Assembly (NCBI GenBank): GCA_009859145.1
Contig: VRVR01000021.1
Span: forward strand, 257,507-321,506
Reading direction: 5' to 3'
Length of the DNA: 64,000 bases
Source: Andalucia godoyi And28
Taxonomy: Eukaryota; Protista; Jakobida
In this document: positions 28,001 to 43,000 of the stretch, piece by piece
How positions within the stretch are numbered: the first letter of the stretch is position 1
Layout: the number at the start of each line of letters is the position of its first letter
Made by a program: the position numbers and the translations under genes
Notes under the pieces: model-generated
What the model was told of the DNA's origin: nothing
Database searches by the model: none
Seen by the model: only the letters and a program-made list of their open reading frames with translations

Positions 28001-31000
28001 GTAGCGTGCTGAATTCTGCATTTGCGATTTCCGGAGTGAGCAAGTTGTTGCTGCAGAATCCGGAGACGATTGTGCGGACGTCTGCGCTGACGACGTCTGG
28101 GGACGTGTATGTGGATTCGCTCACCGTTCTGTCAGATCAGAGCTGGAATTGCGCGAGTGTTGCTAGTTGTTCTGTGAGCCTTTCGCGATTGGACTTGGGT
28201 TCTTTCTCTCTTTCTTGGGCATCTGATTTGCATGTGTTAGTGAACACTTCAATGTCTGTTGCGTCTGGCTTTTTATCATGTGGATCTCCCTTGACAATTG
28301 GAAACGTCTCAAACAACTTCTTTTTTGCTAGCACGTCTTCTCTGCGTGTTTCGGGCAGTTTGGTTGTTAGCACACAGCGTGTGGTTGCTTCCTCGTCATC
28401 ATTTCTGTTGAATGTTTCGTCCTCAGTTTTCGGCTCGCAATCATCGTCTGTGCAGAATTTGACTCTTCGCACGTCACTGCTGTCCTTTCCAGCTTTTTCG
28501 TTTTTATCTCCTTCTGTGGGTATAGTCGATGTCGTGGACGTGACAGTCTCTGATCTTGTTTTGTCCCCTTTGTGTTCTTTGTCCGTTGGGAATCTGTCGG
28601 TTCCTTCCGGAATGCTGATTCTTAATCAGGCTGCTCTTGCCGTCAACTTATCAATGCTCGTTCAAACAATCTCCGTTGTACACAAAGGATATCTTACTAC
28701 CAGTGCGTTTACAGATGTGATCAACGTTTCCAAGCTTTCTGTTTCCGATCAGTCCGTTGCTGTTCTAAAGGGGACTTTTCATCAGTCAATTCCCTACGGA
28801 TATTGCTCGAACTCTTCGTTTTTGCAGATTATGGAATTTTCGGCAGTGGGTGGTGTTTCAGCCTTTAGCACATTACGCATGGAGAGTTTGTGCAAATTGT
28901 CGATTTTTTCTGATGTGACATTCCAAAACGTGTTATCGTTCAATAGTACGACTGAGGTTTTTGCGAAAAGTACTGTCCAACTCTTGTCCGTTTTCAACAA
29001 TTCTGTCCTTTTGGGTGATTCGCAGTATACTTCTGCAGTTCTGAATTTTTCTGGTTTGAATCTCGTTGAATCAGTTGGTCTAAGCGTCGGAAATTTGAAT
29101 TTCGTGGACGAGAACTGCGATGTTTCGTTCTCTGGTGGAGTGAACGTGACGGTCTCCGCCGTTTTGTCATCATCCTCTCCAAGGGTGTCGACGTTTGGAT
29201 GGTTTTCCATCACGCTTTTACAGGACTTGCCTTTCCAGTTAGCCGTTCAACAGGATTTCTCCATACATACGAATGGCTCAATCCGTCTGTCGCAGCGTCT
29301 CGGCGGCTCCTTGTCTTACTCGAATATGTTGTTTGATGGCGTTGTGCACTGCAAAGGCCTGCAGATGATCGATGTACGAAATGCAACCTTCACTCGCGAT
29401 TCTTTTGTGAACGGGTCCCTCTCGGTTTCAAATGGATATGCTGTATTTTTCAGCGTATTTAATTATTCCGACATTTCTTTGATGGACTCAACTGCTTCCA
29501 TCGTGCACACGGAGCTTGATCGGGCTGTTCCTCTGGTTGTAAGCAACAAGTCAGTGCTGTCTTTCTCGGATGTTTCACGATTTCCAAGCCCAATGTTTTT
29601 GTCTGCATTCATTAGCAATGGTTCCACAGTTGTGTTTCCTCCGGTGTCACCGACCGTTCTGGTCGTTGATTTGACATTGTTAGCAAGCACTATGTCTTGG
29701 TATGGCGTATCCACGGCGTTTTCTGTTTTAAACACATCTGATTCTCGTATCGCAATCGGACACTCTTCCGTGAACGTGTTTTCCCTGACCGCATTAAACT
29801 CAACGTTCGTTGGATTGTCCAACCCTACTTCTTGCAGCATTCTGCTGAACAAGACACTGGATGTTGGTGCTGCCAACCGGTTGGACATGGGTTGTAACTT
29901 GACTCTTGTAGCCGGACTTACTTTGCAGGACAGTGGGTCATTCGTTCTGCATAATGCGTCTTCGCTGTTTCTGCAGCCGTACGCAACGGTGCTCCTGCGA
30001 AGAATGAATCCACTGGGATCCTTGTTTTTCTCTTCATCTGGGAATTCATTGGTTGTGATTCCGCTTTCCGCTCAAGTTGTCGTGGATGATTGTGATGGGA
30101 CACTGTCGATTCCCATTCGTTCTTCTGGTTCGTTGTCGGTTATCGGGCCATCGGTACTTTTAATTGACAATCTCTGGTGCTCTGGCCCGCTATCGACAGT
30201 GGGCGTGTCCAGCGATTCTTCGGTTGCATTTAACCAGTTATTGCTGTCGGACTTTGCAAATTTCTCCTCGTCCTCATCGTCACTCTCCGTGGGGTCGATG
30301 AACGTGTCTAGCGGGATTTTGAATTTGCATGCAGCTGCAATTTCTGTATTTTCCGTGCAAACTGCTTTGTTGAATCTGGATGGTATCGTTTCAGTCCAGT
30401 TTCTTGATTTACTGAAGGATTCAGAGTTCAACGTGTCGTCATCCAATGGTCAGCTTTCCAGTAATTGTTCCACCGGATCTTTGCAGTTTCTTATGCACTC
30501 TAAGATCCAACTGGCTTCCGGATCGCGTATCAATACTGGTTGCCTTATCTTGGTGGACCAATCATCTGTGTCATCCCGTGCGGGTTCCGTTTCCTTTCGG
30601 TTCTACGGCCCAGACGGCTACTTGGCCCTCCTGCACAACAGTTCTATGGACGTCGTCAACACCTCCATGGTTATCAGCGAGGACGGTTTGCAAGGCCTCA
30701 CGCGATTGCAGGTTGGCAGTGCAGAGTCCGTAGACGCGGACTATTCTGGTGTTTCTGTTGGAAATGGTAGTATTGTGTCTTTCGATGCCGGCGTATCACT
30801 GAGCGGTACTCTCGATGTCGGTCAATGTGAAGTGAACATACTTAGGAATTTTCGCGTTGCGAACGGCACTGTATTCCAGCACGGATTTTTGGAATCCAGT
30901 TCTACAGTTAATGTTGCAGGAGTCTTGGTTGTCAGTGGTTCCAGAGCTCAATATGTTCAGCAATCTGGGTCCATTTCCGTTTCCCCCTTGGCGTTTGTGG

Positions 31001-34000
31001 AATTTCAAGAAAAGTCACTGCTTCGGCAGGAGTCCGTTTTCTCCCTTTTGCTCGTTCATGGCTTCGGCGTGGTTCGTTTTGTCTCTTCCGCTTCTTTCCT
31101 TTCCGGTCAGGGCGTGGGTCTTTTGAATGTGACTTCCAACGGTGCTGTATTTGCAAATACGTCAACCATCGTTTTCGGAGAAGTTTTTGTAGCTGGGAAA
31201 AACGCCTCTTTAAGGATTACGGCGCCACTGGATGTTTTGCCTGCATGCACCATATACGCCACGAAGGTATCGGTTTTTGCGGACGGTGTTGCGGATTTTG
31301 GGGACTGCGCGTCGTTAATCGTGGCACAGAGCCTTTTGCTGTCCAATTCGTCTGTTTCCGTTTACGGGGCAACAGTTGCGGATTTCAATGTTTCCGGCGC
31401 TGGGACTCGGGTCTTGGTCGGGAGGTCCTTCAGAATAACTCGGAACTCGTTCGTTGCACCATTCTCTTCTCTGTCCGTTGCGTACCAGTTGTCCACATTT
31501 GCCAATATTTTCATCGGGAACTTGGGACAATGTTCTTTGTCTGTCGAAGGAGGACTTTCGTCGATGACCGTGCAATCGCATGCCCTACTGCTTACGGAGT
31601 GCTCTCTCGGGGCCAATGGGTCACTACATTTGGATGTGAGTTCTTCCGTCGTGCTATCATCAGCCTGGATTCGTATGGAATCTGGCGGTTCCATGACGAT
31701 GTCTCCGGGATCGGAGGTTGCGGCTGCCATACCGACATCAGACAGCGGCATATTCGTTTCCTCTGGGTCGTCGTCGTCGACAGTCGACAACGGCCTCCTG
31801 ACGATCAACAACGCAAGCCTCGCTGTTCCTTTTGTCATCGAAGGAAACTTCACTGTGTGTGGAAGTGGAGCGACACGTCTCCGAAAGGACGGCTCGGTTC
31901 GAGGAATCAATGGCCGATTGTTTCTGTGCCCATCTGTCGAGGTGTTCATGGACGATTCTCTCTCTATTGGAGGTGGTGCCACCTTCACGGCTGGTGCGTC
32001 AAGCGTGGTTAACGTGGGAGCACTGCATAATTTGTCAATCAGCAATTCCACAGTGTCCTTGGATTCAAACAGTCAAATCCGTCTACGCGGAGATGGACTG
32101 GTTTTTGGCAATTCTTCAATCGTGGGAAACGGAAGTGTCGTTTTGTACGGGTCTCGCTTGTCTGTGTTTGGATCAGATACAATATCTCTGTACTCGCTTG
32201 CGCTTCCTGTGGATGGATCTGTGTTTTCCGTGTCCAGTGTGCTCAGCGGGGTATCAATTTCTCAACTAAGTATTCTCACTGCTTCTGTTGCAGATATGAC
32301 GAACGTCACCGTATCTGTCTTCTTTGGAGGAGTGTCGTTGATGAACGGTGGGTCGTTGCTCCTTTCGAACGCTTCTGCCGGCACCCTGAGCGCCAGTGAT
32401 TTTGACCTGTACATATCCAAGGAGTTCCGGGTTGACAATGACATTACATTGAATGGGAATGTGTCGATCTCGGGGTTGAAGGGCTGCTTGTTGGCTGGGC
32501 ATGCAAATGTGACAGTGTCCGACGCGTTCGTTCGCATGATGTGCAACCTGTGGTTCTCCAATCGCTTGAATGTTACGAATTCGGTAGTTTCTCATGGGGG
32601 TTCGCTGAATAGTTCGTATGCAGCTGGTTCCTTCATAGCCGTTCGGTCGGTCTGGAATGCTTCCGAGGGGCATGGATGGGACGTATCTGCTTCGGTAGTC
32701 GCTGAGCAGTCTCAGCTACGTTTAGCCGCCTCTGGTACTTCCAGACTCGGGACGTCCGTGTCCTTGTCAGATTCTTCTGTGCACTTCATTGGCGGAGATG
32801 TGCTGAGTGGTCCTTGGACTATGCACTCCTCCGTCTTGTCTTCCCCATCCTGTCTATCCATGTCTTTTTCGTCGTTTGACATCATGAACTCGACGGTCTC
32901 TGTTGGTTGTCGAATGCTGTTCTCCAGCTTTTCGAATGCATCCATGTCGGAATTGACGTTCTTTTCTGGTGGCATGCTCTCGAATTCCTTGTTTCTCGAT
33001 CGATCTGTGCTGACCTCAAACGGATCGGTCTATTCCGGCGAAACGAAGATTCAGTCGTCTCGAATGGAAGTCTTCGATTGTGATTCTGTACGGGTTGCCA
33101 GTATTCAAGCACGGAATTCGACGATCTATTCCTCCTGCACGTTGAATGTGTCTTCCACGCTGGATCTGTACAGTTCCGGGGTTGGGGTTTCTTATGGAGG
33201 TCTTCTAGCTGGACCGATGAGCGGAAATTTGTCGACGCTGTCCGTTGTGGGATCTGTAGTTGCCGACGATGTTTCTCTCTTGGATGCAAATATGATTGTT
33301 TATGGCTGTCTCGCGACAACGTTCTCCAGCCTGTCCGTGCTGCGTTCTCAAATGGTGGTGAATTGTTCGGTTTCCGTCCAATCTCTCACAAGTGTGTCCC
33401 TTTCCAACTTTACCGTTGAATTCGGGAACTTTTCGAGCTCCTCTTCAACGCTTTTGTCGTCCGCTCTTTTCGTCTCTGGCGGGTCGGTACAAGGGGGCTC
33501 GGCAGTGTGGAATGTCACCACTGTTCAGGTACTTGGCTGTTCTAAAGTCCAGTACGGCACTCTGAGAATTGAGTCTACGTCAGTCAGAATCCAATGTCCG
33601 TTTGGAATTTCCAACGAGCTGTCCGCTTCTGCCTCAAACATCACCGTGCAATCTGGTGGACTGACAACTGGATCAGTAATTGGAGGTAATTCTCAACTGC
33701 TGGTGAATGGCACCGTTTTGAGCGGCATGACGACTTGGACTTCTTCGAATCTGGTGGTCCGTCATTGTTCCTTGGTGTCATTGCAAAATGCTGTTTTTTC
33801 GGATGCGTTCGTTGATGTAGATTGCTCTTTTTCAGTTTTGGATTTCATCAACGCCTCGAGATCGGTTGTGACGGTTCAGGGACTGTCTTCTGTGTTTTCC
33901 TCGGGTTCCCTTTTCTCGAATTCATCGTCATTCCATCTGCCGGAAGCCGCAGACATTCTTGATTTTGCATCCGTCCGCGATAGTTACGTGTCCGCTACAT

Positions 34001-37000
34001 CCGGGAGCTCGCTGCTTCGCGTGTCTTCTCTTTTTGCAGCAGGAACCGTCACGGTTTCAAATTCGCAGATTGTTGTTTCCAAATTCCTCAACTTTTCTAC
34101 CAGTTCGTTATTCATGGACAATTCAACGATGGATGTTGCGGGACTGCTTACCAGCAATGCACGTCTCACCATAATGGACGTTGGGACTCGAAATTCATTA
34201 TTGGTGCTGAGATCTTCTTCGAGCAGCACCTTTTCATCGTACTTTTCTGAGAGCTGTTCAGCACGGTTCTTGCTTGACGTGTATGCTGCAGGTAGTATCT
34301 CGGTGCAAAACTGCTCACTTTATTCGAACATGTCCTGCACAGTTGCCGGAAATCTTTCTCTGATGCAATCCAATTTTTCCATGGATTCTGGTGTGTTTCT
34401 TGGAAACGGATCCGTCGATCTCCGTGGACAATCGCACTCTTTGTTTTCTTTGTGCAACTTGACGTTCAATGGCTCTATTATGATATCCGATTCTTCTGGC
34501 TTCTCTGCCTTTGGTGGAGAGTTGCAGCTCTTTGGCCACACGCGTTTGAGTGCGAACTCGACGCTGTTTGTCAGCCCATCGGGTTCGGCACAGTTTGGCT
34601 CTCTTTCTGCGGAAAAACGGTCGTCTGTTTCTTTCTTGTCGGCCGCGTACCCAATTGTCGGAACAACAGACATTTCTGAGAGCTCAACACTTCAATTTTC
34701 GCAGTGCTCAAAAGTAACGTTTGCTGTCGTATATGTTTCGACTTCATCCTTGATTTCCGATTGCGATATCCTGGCGTCGGCCGCTGCCTCATTTGTGAAT
34801 GCATCCGTTTCTGCGGCTGCTTCCACCATTTCTGTGGAATCTGCCGGAGCAATGGCGCTGTCTGCAGCGGTGAAGTTCACGAATCTATTGGTCAATGCTT
34901 CTAAGCAGCTTGAATTCATGCAGAATACGTTTTTGGATCTCTGGAATTCTTCTGTAGCTCTAACTGGCACTCATGTGTCTTCGTCGCCGTCGTTCATGAC
35001 TTCGATTCGAGGTTTTGGTTTTGGAAGCGCCTTGCTCTCTTCTGCAGTATGGATGAGTAATCAATCGTCGTTGTCTTTGTCGAATGTTGAATTCGTTGTT
35101 CTGAACTCGACTTTGCAGCTGTCCGAGGTTTCGCTGTCCACTGCTTCAGTCCGCGTTGCGGAGTCCTCCTCGTTGATTTTCACGAACATTTCCGTTGTCC
35201 AGTCTACGTTGAACTTGTCCACTTCGTCTTCCGCTTCGGTCCTTCGTGCGTCATTGTTGTCATCGTTGGTTGATGTCGCAAGTCCTGGGTCGCTGTCGGT
35301 TTCTTCAATGCTAGTGCTGTCGAATTCGTCGTGTGCGATCACGGGGCGATTGTCTCTGAACTCTGCCTCAGCTCAGGTTCTTACAGACTCTTCGCTGATC
35401 ATTAAGTTTTCTGCGTTGCAAGATCTGTCGCTGGATGTCTTGGAGGTGACTCGTAGCACTTTGTCCATGTCTGGTGTCCTATCTTTGCAGCAGCGTCTTG
35501 TCAGTCTGCATTCTTCGCCAGCATTCTCTGTTTCGGCGGAATCGATTGCGACCAGCGGTCTTTCCCTGTACAACAGCACCGCTTCGGTGGCTTCGAGTTT
35601 GTTGTCTGCTGAGAACTTGAACGTCTCATTTTCGCAATTCTCATCAACGGGACAGACAAACTGCACTGGCGTCTATCTGCAGGCGAGCAATTACTCATCT
35701 ATGGGGGGAGCTGTGTTTGGGAATGCCTTGTTCTCTACTACGGGCTCGGTGATGATTGTTGACACCGCCGTTACAGTAGCAAACTCCTCAACTGTGGTTT
35801 CACCAATGGATCTGCGGTTGCTGAATTCTTCGCTCACCTCTGCGGGAAGCTGGAAGTTTGATTCGGACGCAAACATCACGTGCCTCGATACCGCTTCCTC
35901 AATCAAGTATTCAGGCATCACAGAAGGTGTTTCCAAGCGTGTTTCGATCCGGTGCACATCGACAGTGTCTGGTGCATTCTCCCTCTTCTCAAATTCGTCT
36001 CTTTATTTCACCCATCTCATTGTTACAGGCAAATTGTCCCTGTATAACTCATCATTCGTTGTTGCATCTGTTTTGACGGGCTCCGGCGAGATTGATTTCT
36101 ATCGATCATCGGCACTTATGGAATCGACGGCCTCCGTCGTGTTTGCGGGGTCTGTTTTTGAAAGGGATTCTTCGACGTTAGTGTTTGCCAATGGGTCCTC
36201 GGTAGTATCGCCACTCGGGCGCTTCTATCTGTCCGATGGCTCAACTGCAGTGCAAAATGCAACATCATCCGTATTTTTTGGGACAATATCATCACGAGAT
36301 GACGGTTCCATCTTTCGATTCCGCGGTTCCGTTTTGCTCACAGTTAGCTCGGTCATTGCACGGGACGGCGGTGTCGTCATTATTGAATCGTGTAGACAGT
36401 ATTCGTTTGGAGAGGTGGACACGAATGGTAATGGATTGATCGCCTTGTGTGGAGGTAGTTCCAGCGCAACGCTGGCAGTTGACAATGGAGTTTTTGAATT
36501 CTGCGATCCTCTGATCCTAAAGAACAATGCGTCTTTTTTGATTGGAAACGGTGGTAATGGATCAGTCATAATCAGGCCCACCCCTAGTTGCCCATCAGCG
36601 TCCATCGTCATCGAGAAAGGAGCGCAGCTTCTTCTGCAAGCACAGGAAGTTTTGTTGTTTGTTGATGTTTTCATTAACGGATACATGCAGGCGTCTTCGG
36701 GAAACAACACATTTGTCAATTCGTTCTTCTCCAATGATTCTTCTTCGACGTTGTGCACGTCGTCTTCTCTGATGACGTTCAGTGGTCCGTCGACCATTTC
36801 CGGTGTCACCAACTTCATGAGTCCATTTGTGAACTTTGGATTTAGCCGCTCTTTGTTCCGAGGAAACTTGACAGTCACCGGTTGCTTGAAAATGCAGAGA
36901 GAAAATGCGGAATTTTCCGAGCACTATTCTTCAGCAGTTGTGTCCTGTATAATCGTCAATGACTCTACCCTGTTGTTGAATCACACTTCGTTTTCTGTTC

Positions 37001-40000
37001 AAAGCAGCTTTGTTTCTCGAGGATCATCAATAACTATTGTTTGGTCTAATTTTTCTGTCCCGACAATCGTGAGTTTGCAATCCTCTAGCGGGTTTTCTTT
37101 CAATGATTCGAATATTCTGGTGCCGATCAACTCGTCGTGGACTGTGGATGCATCTCGCGTTTCTCTTCGTTCAACATACGTTGAACAACATGGCTACATT
37201 CTCATTTCTGGCAATTCCAGTGATGTGTCACTTTTCAATTCCACCATCGGATCATCCATATCGGAATTCGACATGTCCACCTGTTCGTTTTCGTCACAGT
37301 TCACGAAAATCTCGATCTCACGAGTGCAGTTGTTCAATAGCAGAGCGTCGTTTGCATTGTCTCCTGTCTTTGCCGAGATCTTGCAATTTTCGGGCAACTC
37401 TATAATGTCGTCTGACAGTGTCGTGGAAATGCGAGAAGCGTGGATTGCAGATGGCACGTTGTTAGGAACAGGAGCAGACGCTGTCTTCCGTGTATCGAGC
37501 TCTTTAGATTTACAAATGCGTCTTCCGGTTTACTTGATAAGCGCAGTGTTGGAAGTTGCAGGCAGCGGGCTTGTTTCCGGTTCGAGCACCTTGTATTTTG
37601 CAGGCGAGTCGTCATTGAACATCAAAGGAAATCTTACCGTTGCGTCGTCCGTTTCGTTCTTATCGTCGAGCGCGCAAGCCATATCTTCCATGCTCGTAGA
37701 GAAGACTGCATTCCTCGTTGTTGCGAATTCCAGCTTCATTTGCGAAGTACCAGTCTTTGTCACTGGTCAGATGTCTGTGAACCAGAACGTTTCTGTTGTG
37801 TTGCGTGATCTGTCCTTATTCGGCTCCGTATCTGTTGTTGGCGATCCGTATGTGCCCACTTCTATGGTTCTTACAGGAGCATTTGCCGGCGACGGAAGAA
37901 TTGGGCTGCTCAATTCGTATTTCACCCTTTCAAATGCGTCAAAAGTTAATTTTCCGGGTTCTCTCTTTGCGGCGAGCTCTTTCTTGTTTGCGCAGTCTTC
38001 GAATGTAACGTTCTTTGGGAACATGTCTCTTCGGTATGGCTCCAAGCTGGATTACCGAAATGTGTCTCTTGGGACAATTTCTCTTTTTTCGTTGTTTGAC
38101 AACAGCTCCGCTGTGTTTTTGGACTCGGCCGTCCGTGACGTCGATTTTCTGTCTGTGATTTTGGCGGGAAATGCAACGATGACCCTCAACTACCGCAATC
38201 CTTCCGTATCGCGGATATCGCTTCACGACTATGCATCGTTGTTTGTGTCGGCATCCGATGTGCATATGAACGACGTATCTTTATCAAATCATTCTCTGGT
38301 GGACATGTCACAGGTCGCAAATTCCAGTATCCAATCGTTGTACATGACGCATGCACCAAGTTTCATTGAATCTACACACAGTAGTATTTACAATTCCATA
38401 TTCATGGGAGGTGTGTTTTCTTGCAATGGATCGGCGAGGTTCGAGAATTCGTCCGTATTTGATGTCGCCGAGCGCTTCGAGCTTCGCAGTTGCGTGGTGG
38501 ATGCATTTCACAGTTCGGTGTTCCGGAAAGGAGTTGTGGTCTTGTCAGATTCGGCACTGCTCCGATTTTTCGACAGCGCAGTCTTTCTGCAAGGTGGAAT
38601 TGCGGCAACAAACGATGCGTCGCATGTGATCTTTGCTGCTGGAGCATCTGCGATTGTTTTAGACTCGTCATTCTATCTGTTCGATTGTAATGTGCAAGTT
38701 CTTGGAAATTTGTCCGTCGTTCACTCTGTCGCAAACTTTTCTGCTGCACTCAATGTTTCAGGATATCTTCAAATCTCATCCGATTCGGACGTCGCGAGCG
38801 TCAGCAGCGTGTACACTGAAGTCGGTAGTGTCGTGTCGATGATGAATTCGTCTTTGCAAATTGTTCGCGATAGTCGACTACAAGGACGTTTGGCAATTTC
38901 AGGTTCGCTTTTGCATTTTGGACCGACATCGCGTTCGTATGGATCTGGAATTCTGGAGATCTCCGAGAAGTCTTTCTTCAATGTTTCTGGATTTCTCTCC
39001 ATGCCGAATGCGACGTTCCTTGTTTTGAACAAATCTGATGTTCGGCTGCAGCAGACGTCTGTTGTTGCAGAGCAATTCGGGTCGTCGATGACGCTGCATA
39101 ATTCAGCAATGGAGGTGCATTCTCACGCTCCAGTACGATTCAGTTCGCTTGGATTGTATGCTGCATCATCGGCAGTTTTTAGTAGTCTCTATGACATTAC
39201 AGGATTTTTCCTTGAGACGGGTGGTCAGTCGACGATCCAAACGTTTGACACGCTGTCGTTCTCTGTTTTGTCTGTGCTGTCTGGCTCCGTTTCGTGTGAA
39301 AACAACTCCATGGTTACTATTCAAAATGCCTCGTTGTCTGGGGAATCTGTAGGCCGGTTTCACAATTGTCCGATTGTAGTGAATGACTTTTCAGTTCCAT
39401 CCGCCATTGCGGACCTGGGATTTGAAAATTCTTCTATTGAGATCACCCACCAACTCCGAGTTAGTAACAGCAGCTTTTTCTTGCATTGTGACACTCTGTC
39501 ACTCGTCAGTCTCACCAGCTCTTGGATAATTCATGAAGCGTCGTCTGTCATTTGGAATTGCTCGGTGAAGTCAGCAATTGGCAGTCACGGGTCCATGCTT
39601 TCCAGCCAGGTTTCGTTGTATGGTTCGTATGTTTTCAATGGCACCATTGTCATTGACAGTGGATCCGAGGTGCTTGTGTCATCTCGTGTCGATGCCAACA
39701 AGAATGTGTCGGTGTTCAATTCCAGATTTGTTTTGAACACAACTGCTTCGCTTTCCATGTTTGACCAGTCCATGACTGTCATGAATTCGTCTGTGGTCCT
39801 TCTTCCGGGGTCTTCCTTGTTTTCGGATGGGAGAATTGGTTTTGAGGATTCAACATTTAAGGCTGCTGGTCTAATGGATGTGTCGACGTGTTCGTTCGAG
39901 TTTGTGTTGTCTTCCGCTAACCTTACGTCCTCTGCTTCTGCAGCACTGTTAATGGGACGTTCGTTTTCGATTTGGAATTCAACTCTGTATTCGTCTATGC

Positions 40001-43000
40001 CGAAGCTGGATTTTGTGACGTTCTCGGCTGTGGGGCCTCTCTCGGCTTTGACCATGGTGTCGTCTCATGTTTCCGCCGTCCAATGCTTACTGGAAGATAT
40101 TGGAATGTGGACCATTGCAAGCAGCGATGTGGCTCTGACGAATGTGACATTGACTTCTCCAGGCGGTATCGTCTCGGTTCGTAACTCCTCTATTGTTGTT
40201 CGGAATATGCTGTTTGCTGGTGCTGTTGTCCAATGCGACAATGCTCGCGTGATCTATGGACAGTTTGTGGTTTCGGGTATCCATTCAAAATTCTCTACAT
40301 GCCGGGTTTCCGTCGAGAATTCGACGGATTTTTTGACATCTTCTCTGCTCACGTTGGACAACTCGACGCTGTGGACACACGGTCTTACCAGGATTCTACC
40401 GGATGTTCGAATCGCGGGCGGACGCAGCTCCCTGATTCTTAGCGATTTTGGAGTGTTCCAAGGCCCTGGTGTGGTTGTGGATGTAGATGTTTTCGCTTTG
40501 AACGTTTCAGATGTCAACGTGCTTCATTCCGTTTCTGTTTTCGGACGAGTCGAACTTCATGGTCGCATTTTCATGAATGACTCTTCGAGCCTGCTTTTAC
40601 ACGGTGGAGGGTCCGTTTTGGGTACCATTGCTGCCGCGCAAAATAGTTCGTTGAATGTTTCTGATTGTCGATTGCCACTTTTGTTTGACGTTGACAGCAG
40701 AGTTCTTGGACTTCCTTACTTGATATCCGTCAATTGCTCTCTGGAGTCGAAGGGATACGTGGATGTTGACCGGCTTCAGTCCTTGGCTTCCATTATCAAT
40801 ATCCGCAGCACTTCGACGTTTATTTCCAATGTTTCATCCCTTACCTCGTCGTTTCTTGGCGATTATGGCACTCTCCGAATGAATCAAATCACGGGTCTGC
40901 ACGATCGGAGTAACTTTGTGGTAGGCTTGGGCGGCGTTTTACGCCTTCCATTCAATTTCTCGGTTTCTACGTCGTCCGTGTTTGTTGCTGTTTACGATTC
41001 TACCCTGCTCTCCCAAAGTCACACATCCGTTGTCTGCATCGGTGCAAACATGTCAATTCTTGCACATCAGGAACTCGCAATTGAGCATCTCAACGTTGTT
41101 AGTTCGCATTTTGTTATTGGGTCTAACACATCATTAACTGCTGCTGCTGTTTCTGTTTCCTCTCAGTCAAATGTTTCGATTTCGGGAAGTATCAAGATTA
41201 CAGACTCATTTTCGTTCTTTTCCGGACGTATCTACGGGACTGGATTTTTCCGTTTGTATGGTGCGTCTCGGCTGCTGTCGGAAGGGTCAAAGATCTTCTC
41301 TGCAACGGTTGTCACAGTATTCGGAAACATGACGTTCGGTGCTGCCGAGGATCTGTATCTCTCCGGTGGATCTTCTCTGACGATTGCCATGTCTGGCTGG
41401 CTTTTGTATCCGACTGGTGTTTCTGTCCGACCTGGGGACACCCTTTCTGGAACTCTGACCATTCAAGGCGGCCTACGAGGCATGGGGGATAATTCTTCAA
41501 TTGCCTTTGAAGTTCCCGTGGATACCGCTAGGAATGCATCGTTTTTGATATCCTATTCGTCTGTCACATTTGATGAGGCTGTCGTAATTGCAAATAGCGT
41601 GAACCAATCTTCTGGGCAGCTCATTTTCAACGGTGGTGGGTCCTTCGTTGTTGTTGCGTCGGACGAGAGGCCGTTTGTGGCCTCCAGTGGTTTGCTACGA
41701 TTTGCGGGGTCCGATTCATCGTACGTCGTTAGTTATGGATATGACGTGTATTCCTATGGCGTTCTCGAGTTCGATGCTTTTCAGTTCACGACGACAGGAA
41801 ATCTTTTTACGTATTCCACTGTGTCTGCGTACAGTGGTACTATCAATTTTGGAGATTTTCGAAGTTTAGATTTGTCAACGATTGTCCTTTCGCAGGAATT
41901 GAACTTTGTTGGCGGCCAGACAAAGATTGTTGGTGAAATTCAATTGTTTGGATCTCTGGTCGTAGGAAGCGACAACGTTGTTGCATCCATGGAGTTTGTT
42001 GCTGGTGGTCAACTTCTGCGAAATGAGTTGTCCATTCTTGTGCGTCGGTTGGGCACACTTTCGTTTAATTCAGACTCGGAAGGTTCCATTGTGAACGTTA
42101 AATCAGTGAAAGTTCAAGGCACCTTGAACTTCAACTCTGGTCAGAATGTTCAGATTTCTGACTTGTATTTAGCCGGCGGTGTCGTTGTTGCAGATCGTGA
42201 CATGCTTGTCCGAAATTCTTTTATCTGGGAAGACGGGACGCTGTTGGGTTCCGGGCAGACGAAAAACTTTGGAATCTTGAATTTCACAACAGACGGCTTC
42301 AAGTTCTTCGACACTCGTACCATTTTGAACTTCAACTACACGGAAATCACCGGAAACCCGCTGTTTCGTTTTCGTCGTGGTGCCCAGTTCATAAACAACG
42401 GCACGTTGAATATCCGTTCTGGATTCATCTTGCAGGCCGGCACGACGGATGATGCATCCCATGTCGTCAACGGGAAATCCGGAGTGATGTTCGTCAATCC
42501 AGGGCCTGGAGGGATTTTTGACTGCCAGAGTCTTGTGGTCAACGACGGCACAATCCGCATAGGAGCTGGTGTTTTCCAGCTCAGTCAAGGAGGATTTTTG
42601 CGACAAGATGCGGGAACTCTTGCGCTCAACGGAGGACTTCTTCGTGTTGTCTCTGACTCATTCGTGTTTGGAGTGCAGATTAACGGTGGTTCCATTCAGA
42701 GTCCTGGCACAATTGAAGCCAACGTTCTTAATGCATACGGACTTCTGGACCTGTCTTCAACTGTGAACATTGTAGGTGTCTACGAACAAGACTTGGACGC
42801 CGACATGAAAGTGACGATCAACGATCGCCAGTTGTTTGGATTCTTGAATGTTTCTGCTTCTGTCTGGCTTCGAGGATCTTTGATTGCAAATGTTTTCAAT
42901 GATTCGTTTGTGCAGGAGAATCGTGACATGACATTTGTTTTCATGCGATACGCAAGAATCGGGCAGGACGTGGAGCCCCTTATGAATGATTTCCGACGAA

